Positions 39,539-49,525 of a stretch of 64,000 nucleotides of DNA are shown piece after piece. Within the stretch, counting starts at the first letter, position 1. Every line of letters starts with the position of its first letter. Below the pieces are notes generated by a model. That model saw only the letters and a list, made by a program, of their open reading frames with translations, was not told the origin of the DNA and ran no database searches. A program made the position numbers and the translations under genes. The stretch is from Spirochaetia bacterium. GTDB lineage: Bacteria > Spirochaetota > Spirochaetia > UBA9216. The stretch is from contig OZ223264.1 in assembly GCA_965140585.1 (NCBI GenBank), positions 256,001-320,000 of the forward strand. The letters are read 5' to 3'.

Positions 39539-41335
39539 ATGGCAAAACAAAAGAAATCCGCATACGATGAAAGCAAGATAAAAACGCTAAGCTCTCTTGA
39601 GCACATCCGTCTGCGTACCGGTATGTATATCGGACGACTAGGAGACGGTTCAAACCTTGATGACGGTATATACGTCCTTTTGAAGGAAGTTGTTGACAAC
39701 AGTATTGATGAGTTCATCATGGGCAACGGTAAGAAAATAGTAATCAAGGTTGAGGACAACAAGGTTGTAGTTCGTGACTACGGCCGGGGTATTCCGCTTG
39801 GAAAGGTTATTGATTGTGTTTCAATTATAAATACAGGTGCAAAATACAACGACGACGTATTTCAGTTTTCGGTCGGTCTTAACGGTGTCGGTACCAAGGC
39901 GGTAAACGCGCTTTCCATAAACTTCAGAGTCGTTTCATTCCGTGACGGCAAGTTCTTCGAGGCAATCTTTGAAAGAGGTATCCTGCAGAAGAAACGCGAA
40001 GGAAAGAAGGCCGGCGAGCCCGACGGAACCTACGTTGAGTTTATTCCGGACAAGGAAATCTTCGGAGAGTACACATTCAACCATGAATACATTGATCAGC
40101 GTATCTGGAATTACGCATACCTGAACAGCGGGTTGACGCTTTATTTTAACAAGAAAAAATATGAATCTCAGAACGGGCTTCTTGATCTTCTCTCGGCTGA
40201 AGTAGGAAATACCACCATTTATGATATCGGCTACTACAAGGGCGAACAGCTTGAGTTCTCCTTTGCTCACACAAATACCTACGGAGAAAACTACTTCTCC
40301 TTTGTAAACGGTCAGTACACCAGCGACGGCGGTACGCATCAGAGCGCTTTCCGCGAGGGCTTTCTAAAGGGGGTCAATGAGTTCTACAAGAAGAACTACA
40401 ACGGTGTGGATGCCCGTGAAGGGCTTGCCGGTGCTGTTTCAATAAAGCTGAAAAATCCGGTCTTTGAAAGCCAGACGAAGAATAAGCTTGGTAATACTGA
40501 AATCAGGGCCTGGGTTGTAAACGAAGTCCGGTCCGGTGTTGTTGATTATCTGCACAAAAATAAGGAAGCCGCCGACAAGCTTGAGAACAAGATTGTCAGC
40601 AATGAAAAGCTGCGGAAGGAACTTAATGAAGTAAAGAAGGAAGCCCGTGAGGCAGCCAAAAAAGTTGCGCTTAAGATTCCCAACCTGAAAGACTGTAAAT
40701 TTCATCTGGGTGACAAGAAGGGTGAAGAATCCATGATCTTCATCACCGAGGGTCAGTCTGCATCTGGCTCAATAGTCTCTGCCCGGGATGTCTACAGGCA
40801 GGCAGTTTTTTCACTTCGCGGTAAGCCGTTCAATGTATTCGGAAAGAAGCGGGCGGCAATCTATAAGAATGAAGAGCTTTACAATCTGATGATGGCCCTT
40901 GGAGTTGAGAATGAAATTGACAACCTCCGCTACGGCAAACTGATAATCGCAACTGATGCAGATAATGATGGTTTTCATATTCGGAATCTTCTGCTTACAT
41001 TCTTTCTCACCTTCTTTGAGGAACTTGCAACCGCAGGACGTATATATATCCTTGAGACACCGCTTTTCAGAGTAAGAAACAAGAAAGAGACCCACTACTG
41101 CTATAATATTGCAGAACGTGACGAGGCTATGGCCAAACTCGCGGGCCCCGAGGTTACCAGATTTAAGGGACTTGGTGAGATTTCTCCGAAAGAATTCGGA
41201 CAGTTCATCGGTGAGGATATGCGGCTGGTTAAAGTCGATGTGAAAACGATGAAAGATGTTCCGAATACACTTGAGTTTTTTATGGGTAAAAATACACCCC
41301 AGAGACGAAGCTTTATTATGGAGAACCTTATCTGA
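39539..41335 (+). CDS. parE: DNA topoisomerase IV subunit B
   Basis: GHKL 'EVVDNSIDE'; TOPRIM 'ITEGQSA' and 'TDADNDG'; 'RFKGLGE'; only 598 aa. Confidence 0.9.
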   Translation: MAKQKKSAYDESKIKTLSSLEHIRLRTGMYIGRLGDGSNLDDGIYVLLKEVVDNSIDEFIMGNGKKIVIKVEDNKVVVRDYGRGIPLGKVIDCVSIINTGAKYNDDVFQFSVGLNGVGTKAVNALSINFRVVSFRDGKFFEAIFERGILQKKREGKKAGEPDGTYVEFIPDKEIFGEYTFNHEYIDQRIWNYAYLNSGLTLYFNKKKYESQNGLLDLLSAEVGNTTIYDIGYYKGEQLEFSFAHTNTYGENYFSFVNGQYTSDGGTHQSAFREGFLKGVNEFYKKNYNGVDAREGLAGAVSIKLKNPVFESQTKNKLGNTEIRAWVVNEVRSGVVDYLHKNKEAADKLENKIVSNEKLRKELNEVKKEAREAAKKVALKIPNLKDCKFHLGDKKGEESMIFITEGQSASGSIVSARDVYRQAVFSLRGKPFNVFGKKRAAIYKNEELYNLMMALGVENEIDNLRYGKLIIATDADNDGFHIRNLLLTFFLTFFEELATAGRIYILETPLFRVRNKKETHYCYNIAERDEAMAKLAGPEVTRFKGLGEISPKEFGQFIGEDMRLVKVDVKTMKDVPNTLEFFMGKNTPQRRSFIMENLI

Positions 41336-43257
41336 TGTCATACGTAAAAAAACTTTTTAACGATAATTTTCTGGAATATGCATCTTACGTAATCAAGGAC
41401 AGGGCCATTCCCGATCTCCAGGACGGACTAAAACCTGTACAGAGGCGAATAATTCATTCGCTGTTTGAAATGGATGACGGTAAATTTCATAAGGTCGCAA
41501 ATGTTGTAGGCCACTGTATGAAATACCATCCCCATGGTGATGCTTCCATTTATTCAGCTCTGGTCGTTCTTGCCAACAAGGAACTGTTTGTAGACAAGCA
41601 GGGAAACTTCGGCAATATCCTCACCGGCGACCCGGCATCTGCTGCCAGGTATATTGAGTGCCGTGCTCTCCCCCTTGCAAAGAGGGTTCTCTATAATCCC
41701 GAAATTACAGAGTATACCGATTCCTATGATGGAAGAAACAAGGAGCCGATCGCTTTCAGGGCAAAGATTCCGGTAATTTTGATTCACGGTGCTGAAGGAA
41801 TTGCGGTAGGTATGTCCACTAAGATTCTGCCGCATAACTATGAAGAAGTTCTTGGCGCTGTAAAAACATGTCTTTTGGGAAAGGCCTTCAAGCTTTATCC
41901 TGATTTTCCCACCGGCGGCTATGTTGATGTCTCCAACTATGAAGACGGAAACGGAAAGGTTCTTGTCCGCGCCAAGCTTGATACTTCTGATGAGAAGCGC
42001 ATAGTTATCCGTGAGATTCCATTCGGAACAACAACCGAGTCGCTTATGAACTCGATTGAGACCGCCGCCAGACAGAACAAGATTAAGGTTTCAAGTATTA
42101 CCGACTTCACAACTGAGAAGGCCGAGATAGAAATCAAACTTGCCCGCGGAGTTCATACCGAAGAGGTCGTTGATTCACTTTATGCCTTTACCGACTGCGA
42201 AGTTTCAATATCTGTAAATCTCCTTGTTATCCGCAAGGGGCTTCCTGTAATAATGACTGTCACCGAGATTATCAAGTATTATGCCGCCCAGATTGTTGAA
42301 GTCCTCCGTGACGAGCTGAAGCTTGAGGAGCGCGGTCTTCTTGATAAGATACATGCAAGAACCCTTGAGAGAATCTTTATCGAGGAAAGAATCTACAAGC
42401 GGATAGAAACGATGAAAACCAGGGACGGTGTAATTAAAACCGTTATTACAGGTTTTGAACCGTATATGGATGAAATAAAGCGTGAAGTTACCGAGGATGA
42501 CGTTGAAAGACTTCTCAAGATTCCTATCAGAAGGATTTCTCTATACGACATCAATAAGGCCAGAGATGAAATGGCCCAGCTTCAGGCAAGGCTTAAGGAA
42601 GTGCGACATCACCTGCGTCACATTACTGAATACGCTGTGTCTTTTGTCGATGCGCTGCTTCAGGGAGTTGCCGAAGAGCAGAAACGCAAAACTGAGGTTA
42701 TTTCCTTTGACAAGGTCGATGTCCGGGAGGTTGCGCAGCGTAACCTGAGTCTGGCCTATGATGACAACACGGGTTACCTCGGCTACGATGTTAAATCGGG
42801 CAAAACTCTTTTTAATGTATCAAACTATGACCGTATACTGGTTATCAGGGCAAGCGGGGTGTATTCGGTAATTGATGTGCCTGACAAGCTCTTTGTAGAC
42901 AAAGGTATGCTCTTCTGCGGACTTGCCGACAAGGATGAGATGGCTGAAACAATCTTCAGCATCCTTTATAAAAACAATAAAACAGGCTATGCCCACCTCA
43001 AGCGCTGTAAGATTGAGAAGTTCATACTTGATAAATCATACGAACTGATTCCCGAGGGAAACAAGATAATCAAACTGACAACCAAAGAGGATATTGAGGC
43101 CGCTGTTACTTATAAAGAAAAGCCGAGATTGAAGGTTCTGGATGAAAGTTTCGACGTTTCGGGCTATCTTGTTAAGGGTGTTAAGGCTGCCGGAGTCAGA
43201 CTTTCCGCGAAAGAAATAAAGAGCGCCAAGTTTGTGAAAAAAAAGTCAAAAAAATAG
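41335..43257 (+). CDS. parC: DNA topoisomerase IV subunit A
   Basis: 'DGLKPVQRR'; 'YHPHGD'; active-site 'AARYIE'; 640 aa with no GyrA-box seen. Confidence 0.9.
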   Translation: MSYVKKLFNDNFLEYASYVIKDRAIPDLQDGLKPVQRRIIHSLFEMDDGKFHKVANVVGHCMKYHPHGDASIYSALVVLANKELFVDKQGNFGNILTGDPASAARYIECRALPLAKRVLYNPEITEYTDSYDGRNKEPIAFRAKIPVILIHGAEGIAVGMSTKILPHNYEEVLGAVKTCLLGKAFKLYPDFPTGGYVDVSNYEDGNGKVLVRAKLDTSDEKRIVIREIPFGTTTESLMNSIETAARQNKIKVSSITDFTTEKAEIEIKLARGVHTEEVVDSLYAFTDCEVSISVNLLVIRKGLPVIMTVTEIIKYYAAQIVEVLRDELKLEERGLLDKIHARTLERIFIEERIYKRIETMKTRDGVIKTVITGFEPYMDEIKREVTEDDVERLLKIPIRRISLYDINKARDEMAQLQARLKEVRHHLRHITEYAVSFVDALLQGVAEEQKRKTEVISFDKVDVREVAQRNLSLAYDDNTGYLGYDVKSGKTLFNVSNYDRILVIRASGVYSVIDVPDKLFVDKGMLFCGLADKDEMAETIFSILYKNNKTGYAHLKRCKIEKFILDKSYELIPEGNKIIKLTTKEDIEAAVTYKEKPRLKVLDESFDVSGYLVKGVKAAGVRLSAKEIKSAKFVKKKSKK

Positions 43258-43325
43258 TGAATCCGGTAACAGCACAGCCTTTTCATGGTGTTCAATAGAT
43301 AGACAATGGAAAGGGACGGATTTCA

Positions 43326-43802
43326 TTGAAGATTGACGTAGAACAATTTTACAGAAAATACGGTCCCATGGTGTTCAGGCGCTGCAAATCGCTTCTAAAT
43401 GATGAAGATCGCGCTCATGACGCCATGCAGGAAGTATTTGTGAAGGTACTCAGAAAAGCAGACTCACTTAACGACAGAGCTCCATCAAGCCTTCTGTATA
43501 CTATAGCAACAAATGTCTGTCTTAATGAACTCCGTAAAGTCAACCGTCTTGTAGACAGCGGTAATGAGATAATTGAAACCGTTGCAGGGACTGAAAGTCA
43601 TGAGAGAATAGTACTGACAAACCATTTTCTTGAACAGCTTTTCAGTCTTGAAAAAGAATCTACAAGAACAATGGCTGTGCTGCATTATGTTGAGGGTTAT
43701 ACCCTTGAAGAAACAGCACGTGTTATGAACATGTCCGTTTCCGGTGTCCGAAAAAGGCTAAGAGGCCTCCGTGAGAGGGGTCTTGCGCTTAAGGAGGAAT
43801 AA
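43326..43802 (+). CDS. ECF RNA polymerase sigma factor
   Basis: Region 2 'AHDAMQEVFVKV...LYTIATNVCLN'; region 4 'EGYTLEETA'; TTG start. Confidence 0.92.
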   Translation: MKIDVEQFYRKYGPMVFRRCKSLLNDEDRAHDAMQEVFVKVLRKADSLNDRAPSSLLYTIATNVCLNELRKVNRLVDSGNEIIETVAGTESHERIVLTNHFLEQLFSLEKESTRTMAVLHYVEGYTLEETARVMNMSVSGVRKRLRGLRERGLALKEE

Positions 43803-43805
43803 TCT

Positions 43806-44597
43806 ATGAAACCTGGAAAGCTGTTTCTTGAGCAATACAAACTGGGCGAACTGACAGATGAAGAAAAAAAGCAGTTCGAAGACAGTTTTGAAGATCCGAA
43901 TGAACTTGAAAGACTCCTGAGAGAACTGGATGACTCAGATAAAGATTTCTTTAAAAAATTTCCCGTAGATGAGACAGTCGATTCAATAAAGGAAAGAAGT
44001 GAACAAAGCAAAGGCTCAAAGATTCTGAAGTTTCCGGTTTTCCGGATTTCAGCCCTTGCAGCCGCTGCAGCGGTTGTTATATTCGGCTTCAGCTTCTTTT
44101 ACTCTCCTGTGAGCACAGGAGGCACAGGCTCGACTCCGGATGTAAATGCAACTGAAAGAATTAAGGGCATGAAGCCCTCTCTTAAAATATACCGGAGCCT
44201 CAGCGGTTCTGCTGAAATCCTTGAAAACAGGGATACCGTTGCCGAAAAGGATCTTCTGCAGATTGAATACATTGCCGGCGGCTACAGGTACGGCATGATT
44301 TTTTCAATTGACGGACGGGGTACTGTTACCATGCACTATCCCTCATACAGCGGAATAAAACCAGAGCTCGATAACAACGGGGCTGTTCTTCTACCGTATG
44401 CCTATGAGCTTGATGATGCTCCGGAATTTGAAAGATTCTTCTTTATAGCCGGAGGAGACTGGTTCAATGCCGATGAAGTTCTTGACGCAGCTTATGAGCT
44501 GGCTTCATCAAACAGTTCGGCAAGACGTAGTTTTCTTGATATCCCTGAAGAATACTACCAGACAACAATCTTATTAAAGAAGGGGGCTGAAAGATGA
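43806..44597 (+). CDS. Putative membrane anti-sigma factor with extracytoplasmic DUF4384-like domain
   Basis: N-terminal 'LEQYKLGEL' ASD-like helix without Zn ligands; one TM; 'SIDGRG...LHYP'-like and 'LDDAPEFERFF' domain. Confidence 0.7.
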   Translation: MKPGKLFLEQYKLGELTDEEKKQFEDSFEDPNELERLLRELDDSDKDFFKKFPVDETVDSIKERSEQSKGSKILKFPVFRISALAAAAAVVIFGFSFFYSPVSTGGTGSTPDVNATERIKGMKPSLKIYRSLSGSAEILENRDTVAEKDLLQIEYIAGGYRYGMIFSIDGRGTVTMHYPSYSGIKPELDNNGAVLLPYAYELDDAPEFERFFFIAGGDWFNADEVLDAAYELASSNSSARRSFLDIPEEYYQTTILLKKGAER

Positions 44598-47032
44598 AAA
44601 GCCTTGTAAAAGATGTCCTGAAGAAGATGCTTCTTCAGATAAGTATAATCGGATTTATATGCCTGCTTTTTCTTGTATCAGCGGCTGGCGCTTCTGCACA
44701 AACCTCAGTTATGAGAAGATACGCAGTTTATGTAGGCTCCAATTACGGCGGTCACGAAAGAGTAACCCTTTCATACGCTGTAACTGATGCAAGGGCTCTT
44801 TCTGATGTTATGCAGCGGCTCGGCGGTGTAATGCCTGCCGACGGTATTGTTTTAACAGATCCGTCACCGGCCCTGCTTAAAGATACAATTTCCACCCTTA
44901 AAAGAAATGTAAGCAATGATACAGAAGTAAAACGTTCAGAATTCTTCTTCTATTATTCAGGCCATTCAGATGAAAAGGGCCTTCTGCTCGGCGATTCGGT
45001 TATGAAGTATGAAGATCTTAAGGAACTTATTGATTCTGTCGGTGCTGATGTAAATATTGCAGTTCTCGACTCCTGCTCATCAGGAGCTTTCACCCGAATG
45101 AAGGGTGGTGTAAGAAGATCCCCCTTTCTATCCGATGAATCAGTGGACGCTTCAGGACACGCCTTCCTGACTTCAAGTTCGGAAGATGAAGCGGCTCAGG
45201 AATCTGATGATCTCGGTGCCTCTTTTTTCACACATTATTTAATCACTGCGCTCAGGGGCGCTGCCGACAGTACCTTTGACGGTACTGTAACTCTGAATGA
45301 AGCATACTCGTATGCCGCTTCTGAAACCCTGGCCAGAACAGAAGATACCCTTGCCGGCCCCCAGCATCCTTCATATGATATCCAGCTTGCCGGAACCGGA
45401 GAACTTATCCTTACCGATCTGCGGGAAGTTTCCGAGCAGATTATGTTTGAAAAAAACCTCCGCGGCCGGATTTTTGTCCGTGACAGCGCAGGACGCCTTG
45501 TTGTTGAGCTGAAAAAAATAGAGGGTGCTCCGCTTGCTGTTTCAATTGCACCAGGCCGATACTCAATGATTCTTGACGACGGCGATCAGCTGCTTTCCGC
45601 AGACCTGATGCTTTCCGGCGGAGCCAAGGTTATTGTACAGAAAGATGAGTTTTACCCGGTTCCGGGCAAGGTTACAACATCGCGCGGCGGAACTTTCGTA
45701 GCAGTTGATACCGTTCCCGCTCCGGCGTTGACTGAAGAACCTGCTTCTGTAAACGGTGAAGATGATATTTCCCGTACAGCCTCTGAGCTGGATGAAATTG
45801 CAGAACGTGCACGGAGAAGGGCGCTTGAAGCCGCCGGCATGAGTGAAAGCACCGGGGGAGCTTCCATTAACGATACAGAAGAAACCGTTTTAATTAACGT
45901 TCAGCGTGAAACCGGAGATGCTTATATTGCTGCATCAGACAGCTCCTCTACTGCTTCTTCTGACAGAGAAAAAGCCCCTGATTATGATCCTGCTAAATTT
46001 TCACTCGGCTTTGTTGCATCAGAGAAAGATGTATCAGGTATACAACTGGGGCTTATTGGTGCGACTACTGAAAAAAGCATGAAGGGCTTTCAGATTGGCG
46101 GAATATTTGCAGAGTCATCAGGAACTGTTGACGGTTTTCAAATAGGCGGCATATTCAGTTCCGCTGATGATAATGTGGACGGTTTTCAGATTTCAGGTAT
46201 ATGGAATGCCACAGAAATGGATGTAATGGGTGCACAGATATCCGGCATATGGAACTCTGCAAGGGATGTTGCCTTCCTGCAGGCTGCCGGAATCTTTAAT
46301 GTTGCAGAACGTGATGTCAGAGGTCTTCAGCTTTCAGGTATATTCAATATTGCAGAGGGCAATGTTTACGGAGCTCAGGGTGCAGGTATTTTCAACGTAG
46401 CTGAGAATGTCAATGGTTTTCAGGCAGGACTTTTCAACTTCGGCGGAAAGGTTTACGGGCTCCAGGTCGGTCTTGTCAATATCAGCGATGAGCTCTACGG
46501 ACTGCCCATAGGTCTTATAAATATCAGCGGAAACGGACTGAACGATGTTTCATTCTCCTGGGATGATCTTGGATTTGGAAACATCAGCTACCAGCTTGGA
46601 ACCTCTTCAGTTTATACATTTATGAACTTTGGATATCACAGTGAAACTCCCGAGCTTGCATCTACGCTAGGCCTTGGAATGGGACTGGAAATCGGCGGTG
46701 AAAGACTTTATTTTGACATGGACATCTATGCCAAGGCTGTAGGATACGGTATGGGCAGCGTAGAAAATAATGTTAAGAGTGTTTTTGAGGGTACTGCGGA
46801 CTATTATCCTGCAGCAAGATTAAGCGGCGGATTCAAGCTCTTTGGTTCAATGTCTATATTCGCCGGAGTGAACTGGGACTTTCATCTCTTCGGAAACGAA
46901 AGCGGTTACAGCTACGACCTCGGTTCAAGCATATCTTCATTCAATTCAGGCCAGCCTATGATGCAGGTTGATTTCGACAGCTATAATACAATGGAAGTTT
47001 TTCCATCCTTTTTTCTTGGGGTCAGGCTTTAG
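44594..47032 (+). CDS. Exported caspase-family (C14) protease with repeat region and C-terminal beta-barrel-like domain
   Basis: Signal peptide; catalytic His124 'YYSGH' and Cys161 'LDSC'; repeats; C-terminus 'FFLGVRL'. Confidence 0.88.
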   Translation: MKSLVKDVLKKMLLQISIIGFICLLFLVSAAGASAQTSVMRRYAVYVGSNYGGHERVTLSYAVTDARALSDVMQRLGGVMPADGIVLTDPSPALLKDTISTLKRNVSNDTEVKRSEFFFYYSGHSDEKGLLLGDSVMKYEDLKELIDSVGADVNIAVLDSCSSGAFTRMKGGVRRSPFLSDESVDASGHAFLTSSSEDEAAQESDDLGASFFTHYLITALRGAADSTFDGTVTLNEAYSYAASETLARTEDTLAGPQHPSYDIQLAGTGELILTDLREVSEQIMFEKNLRGRIFVRDSAGRLVVELKKIEGAPLAVSIAPGRYSMILDDGDQLLSADLMLSGGAKVIVQKDEFYPVPGKVTTSRGGTFVAVDTVPAPALTEEPASVNGEDDISRTASELDEIAERARRRALEAAGMSESTGGASINDTEETVLINVQRETGDAYIAASDSSSTASSDREKAPDYDPAKFSLGFVASEKDVSGIQLGLIGATTEKSMKGFQIGGIFAESSGTVDGFQIGGIFSSADDNVDGFQISGIWNATEMDVMGAQISGIWNSARDVAFLQAAGIFNVAERDVRGLQLSGIFNIAEGNVYGAQGAGIFNVAENVNGFQAGLFNFGGKVYGLQVGLVNISDELYGLPIGLINISGNGLNDVSFSWDDLGFGNISYQLGTSSVYTFMNFGYHSETPELASTLGLGMGLEIGGERLYFDMDIYAKAVGYGMGSVENNVKSVFEGTADYYPAARLSGGFKLFGSMSIFAGVNWDFHLFGNESGYSYDLGSSISSFNSGQPMMQVDFDSYNTMEVFPSFFLGVRL
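46031..46540 (+). repeat. About 11 tandem 14-16 aa G-x-Q-x-x-G-x-x-N repeats (LA_2272-like)
   Basis: GFQIGGIF, GFQISGIWN, GAQISGIWN, GLQLSGIFN, GLQVGLVN and similar. Confidence 0.8.
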
Positions 47033-47059
47033 TAAGCATCACTCAATCAGTTATTTATC

Positions 47060-47090
47060 AGGCTCCGCTATACCGGCGGAGCCTTTCTTT
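47060..47090 (+). terminator. Intrinsic terminator closing the ECF-caspase operon
   Basis: AGGCTCCGCT/GGCGGAGCCT stem plus TTCTTT. Confidence 0.75.
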
Positions 47091-47161
47091 ACTTCAAATT
47101 TACATAACTTTCTTTCCAAATCTGCTCATCCCGGTATAAAATCAAATATTGGAGAGTCAAA

Positions 47162-48484
47162 ATGTCTGAATTTAAACTTGGTTCAAGAGATAAAGTTACC
47201 CTGGGACTGATGGTCCTAATGTCCTTCTTCTTGCAATGCGATCTTTATATTACACCTGCCATCGTTCCCGAGCTTGCTGCAGAATACGGTGTTCCAAATG
47301 CCTCCATCAGTTATGTTGCTTCGGCTTTCACTTTACTCGGGGCGGCTCTGAGTATCATATTCGGATACTTTTCAGATAAATCTGCGAGAAAGCAGCTGCT
47401 TATGGCTGTTGTTCTTATAGGCGAGATTCCCTGCTTCCTGACCGGTATAAAGTTTTTCACTGCCAGCTTTCAGGGGTATGTAATAATGAGAATTCTTACC
47501 GGCATTGGTGTTGGGGGTATCTATCCTCTACTTTTCAGCCTCGTTTCAGATTACTTCACCGACAGGCACCGGGCAAAAGCTGTTGCATTTATTGATATAG
47601 CCTGGGGACTTGGAACAATGGTCGGCCCCATTATGGCAAATATAGGCCTGTCTTCCGGCTACGGCTGGCGGCTTGCGTTCATACTTGCAGCAGTCCCCAA
47701 CTTCCCGGTTGTGCTGCTATTCGGATTGATAGCCCGCTCTCCGGAACGCGGTTCATCTGAGAAGGCTCTGGCGGAAGCGCTTCATTCTGGTGCTGAATAC
47801 AACCATAAAATCAAGCTTTCTGATTTCAGGCATGTGCTTAAAAAGCGGACAAACCTTTTTCTGTTTCTACAGGGAATTCCAGGAACCATCCCCTGGGGAA
47901 TTCTTACCTTCTGGGTTATTACATTTTTCAGGGAGACTCAGGGAATGGGGCAGGCCGAAGCAACCCTCATATGGGAGCTGTTTGGTGTTGGCGTTGTAAC
48001 CGGAGGCCTTTTCTGGGCTTTTATCGGTGATAAGCTTTTTTCAAAAAAGCCTTCATACCTTCCGCTTCTGTGTACAATCGGAATAATGGCAGGAACTATT
48101 CCCTGCTTTATATTCTTCAATATTCCTTTTTCATCACCGGTTATTGTAATGGCTTTAAGTCTGCTGGGAGGAGCCTGTATTGCCACCGCTTCAAGCAATA
48201 ACAAGGCTATGCTGATGAATGTGAACCGACCTGAGCACCGCGGTTCGGTCTTTGCGGTTTTTAATCTTACAGATAATATTGGAAAGGGCTTCGGGCCTGC
48301 TATCGGCGGTGCGGTACTCGCCGCAACATCAAGCTACGGACTGATGGTGAATATGGCAATCAGTTTCTGGTTCCTCTGCAGCCTTCTTTTTATAGGTGTT
48401 ATTTTTTCCATTAACAAAGACCGGAAAGAGATGCTTGAGCTGATGGAAGAACGCGGCCGTGAGCTTAAGGCAGAATTGAAATAA
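47162..48484 (+). CDS. MFS transporter
   Basis: 'FGYFSDKSARK' motif A; about 12 TM helices. Confidence 0.9.
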   Translation: MSEFKLGSRDKVTLGLMVLMSFFLQCDLYITPAIVPELAAEYGVPNASISYVASAFTLLGAALSIIFGYFSDKSARKQLLMAVVLIGEIPCFLTGIKFFTASFQGYVIMRILTGIGVGGIYPLLFSLVSDYFTDRHRAKAVAFIDIAWGLGTMVGPIMANIGLSSGYGWRLAFILAAVPNFPVVLLFGLIARSPERGSSEKALAEALHSGAEYNHKIKLSDFRHVLKKRTNLFLFLQGIPGTIPWGILTFWVITFFRETQGMGQAEATLIWELFGVGVVTGGLFWAFIGDKLFSKKPSYLPLLCTIGIMAGTIPCFIFFNIPFSSPVIVMALSLLGGACIATASSNNKAMLMNVNRPEHRGSVFAVFNLTDNIGKGFGPAIGGAVLAATSSYGLMVNMAISFWFLCSLLFIGVIFSINKDRKEMLELMEERGRELKAELK

Positions 48485-49157
48485 TTAGCGGGGCAATCAG
48501 TACTGTAACCAGTCCCGCCATCCCGATTGCAAGGCTGCTCATTGCTCCCTCTGTTTCGCCCAGCTCCAGGGCTCTGGAGGTTCCTATAGCGTGAGCGGCC
48601 GTTCCCATTGCAATGCCCCTGGATGTCGCGTTTCTGATTTTAAGGATTCCAAGCAGACCGGGGCCTATGATTGCTCCCAGAATTCCTGTGATGATTACCG
48701 AGAGGGCTGTAATTGACGGCAGCCCCCCGATCCCTGCGGAGATTTCCACGGCAATCGGCGTTGTGACAGATTTGGGAACAAGTGAAAGCATCAGTTCTTC
48801 AGGCAGGCCAAACACTTTTGAAAGCAGAATTACGCTGAATATTGATGTTACTGAACCGGCAAATATGCCAGTAATAAGAATTACAGCATGTCTTTTTAGA
48901 ATATGAAACTGTCTGTACAGGGGCACTGCAAGTGATACTGTTGCTGGAATAAGCATGAAAGAAATTATTGTTCCGCCGCGCTGATAGTTTTCAAGCGATA
49001 TTCCTGTCAGAAACAGAAATATAATGATAAATGCAGAACCGGTTATGACCGGATGCAGAAAAGAGATAGAGAACTTAAGGTAGATTGCTCTGGCCAGGGT
49101 ATAGGCAGCAAGTGTTATTGTTATTCCGAAAAGCGGTGAAGAAAAAAATGCTTCCAT
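48465..49157 (-). CDS. lrgB: LrgB/CidB family protein
   Basis: 'PKSVTTPIA'; 'AAHAIGTSRA'. Confidence 0.92.
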   Translation of the reverse strand: MEAFFSSPLFGITITLAAYTLARAIYLKFSISFLHPVITGSAFIIIFLFLTGISLENYQRGGTIISFMLIPATVSLAVPLYRQFHILKRHAVILITGIFAGSVTSIFSVILLSKVFGLPEELMLSLVPKSVTTPIAVEISAGIGGLPSITALSVIITGILGAIIGPGLLGILKIRNATSRGIAMGTAAHAIGTSRALELGETEGAMSSLAIGMAGLVTVLIAPLIISILP

Positions 49158-49522
49158 CAGCTTTTATCCTTCTTGGCGGAAAGTCTGAAAAGCAGGCTGA
49201 CTGTAAGGGCTGTCACTGCCATGGTGAGTACAGTTGAAATAATCACAATCAGGCTGATCTTCAGTCCGTATTTTCCAAGTATCTCGGTTTCTTTCATAAG
49301 ATTGATGATAAGAGGTATAAAAAAAAGCGGAAGAGATGCCGTGAAAAAATCTGCTGCCCTATGAATCTTTTTAAGATCGAGAATCCCGGTAACAAGCAGA
49401 ACCGCCATTATCAGCATGCCGGCAACAGGTCCCGGAAATGGAAAGCCGGGGATTAGTGATGCAAGCATACCCGCAGCAGCGATAGTGAATATAATAAAAA
49501 TTTCTGTAAGGATGTTAAGCAT
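49157..49522 (-). CDS. cidA: CidA/LrgA family protein
   Basis: 'PFPGPVAGML'; 'LPLFFIP'; precedes lrgB. Confidence 0.85.
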   Translation of the reverse strand: MLNILTEIFIIFTIAAAGMLASLIPGFPFPGPVAGMLIMAVLLVTGILDLKKIHRAADFFTASLPLFFIPLIINLMKETEILGKYGLKISLIVIISTVLTMAVTALTVSLLFRLSAKKDKS

Positions 49523-49525
49523 TTT

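Noticed and set aside
39539-43257. gyrB/gyrA
   Set aside because: Both subunits are short and no GyrA-box was seen, which fits topoisomerase IV better.
46031-46540. CRISPR-like periodic DNA
   Set aside because: The repeats are degenerate, in frame and protein-coding; there are no identical repeats with unique spacers and no cas genes.
48465-49522. Prophage holin/antiholin
   Set aside because: This is an ordinary cidA/lrgB pair with no phage genes nearby.
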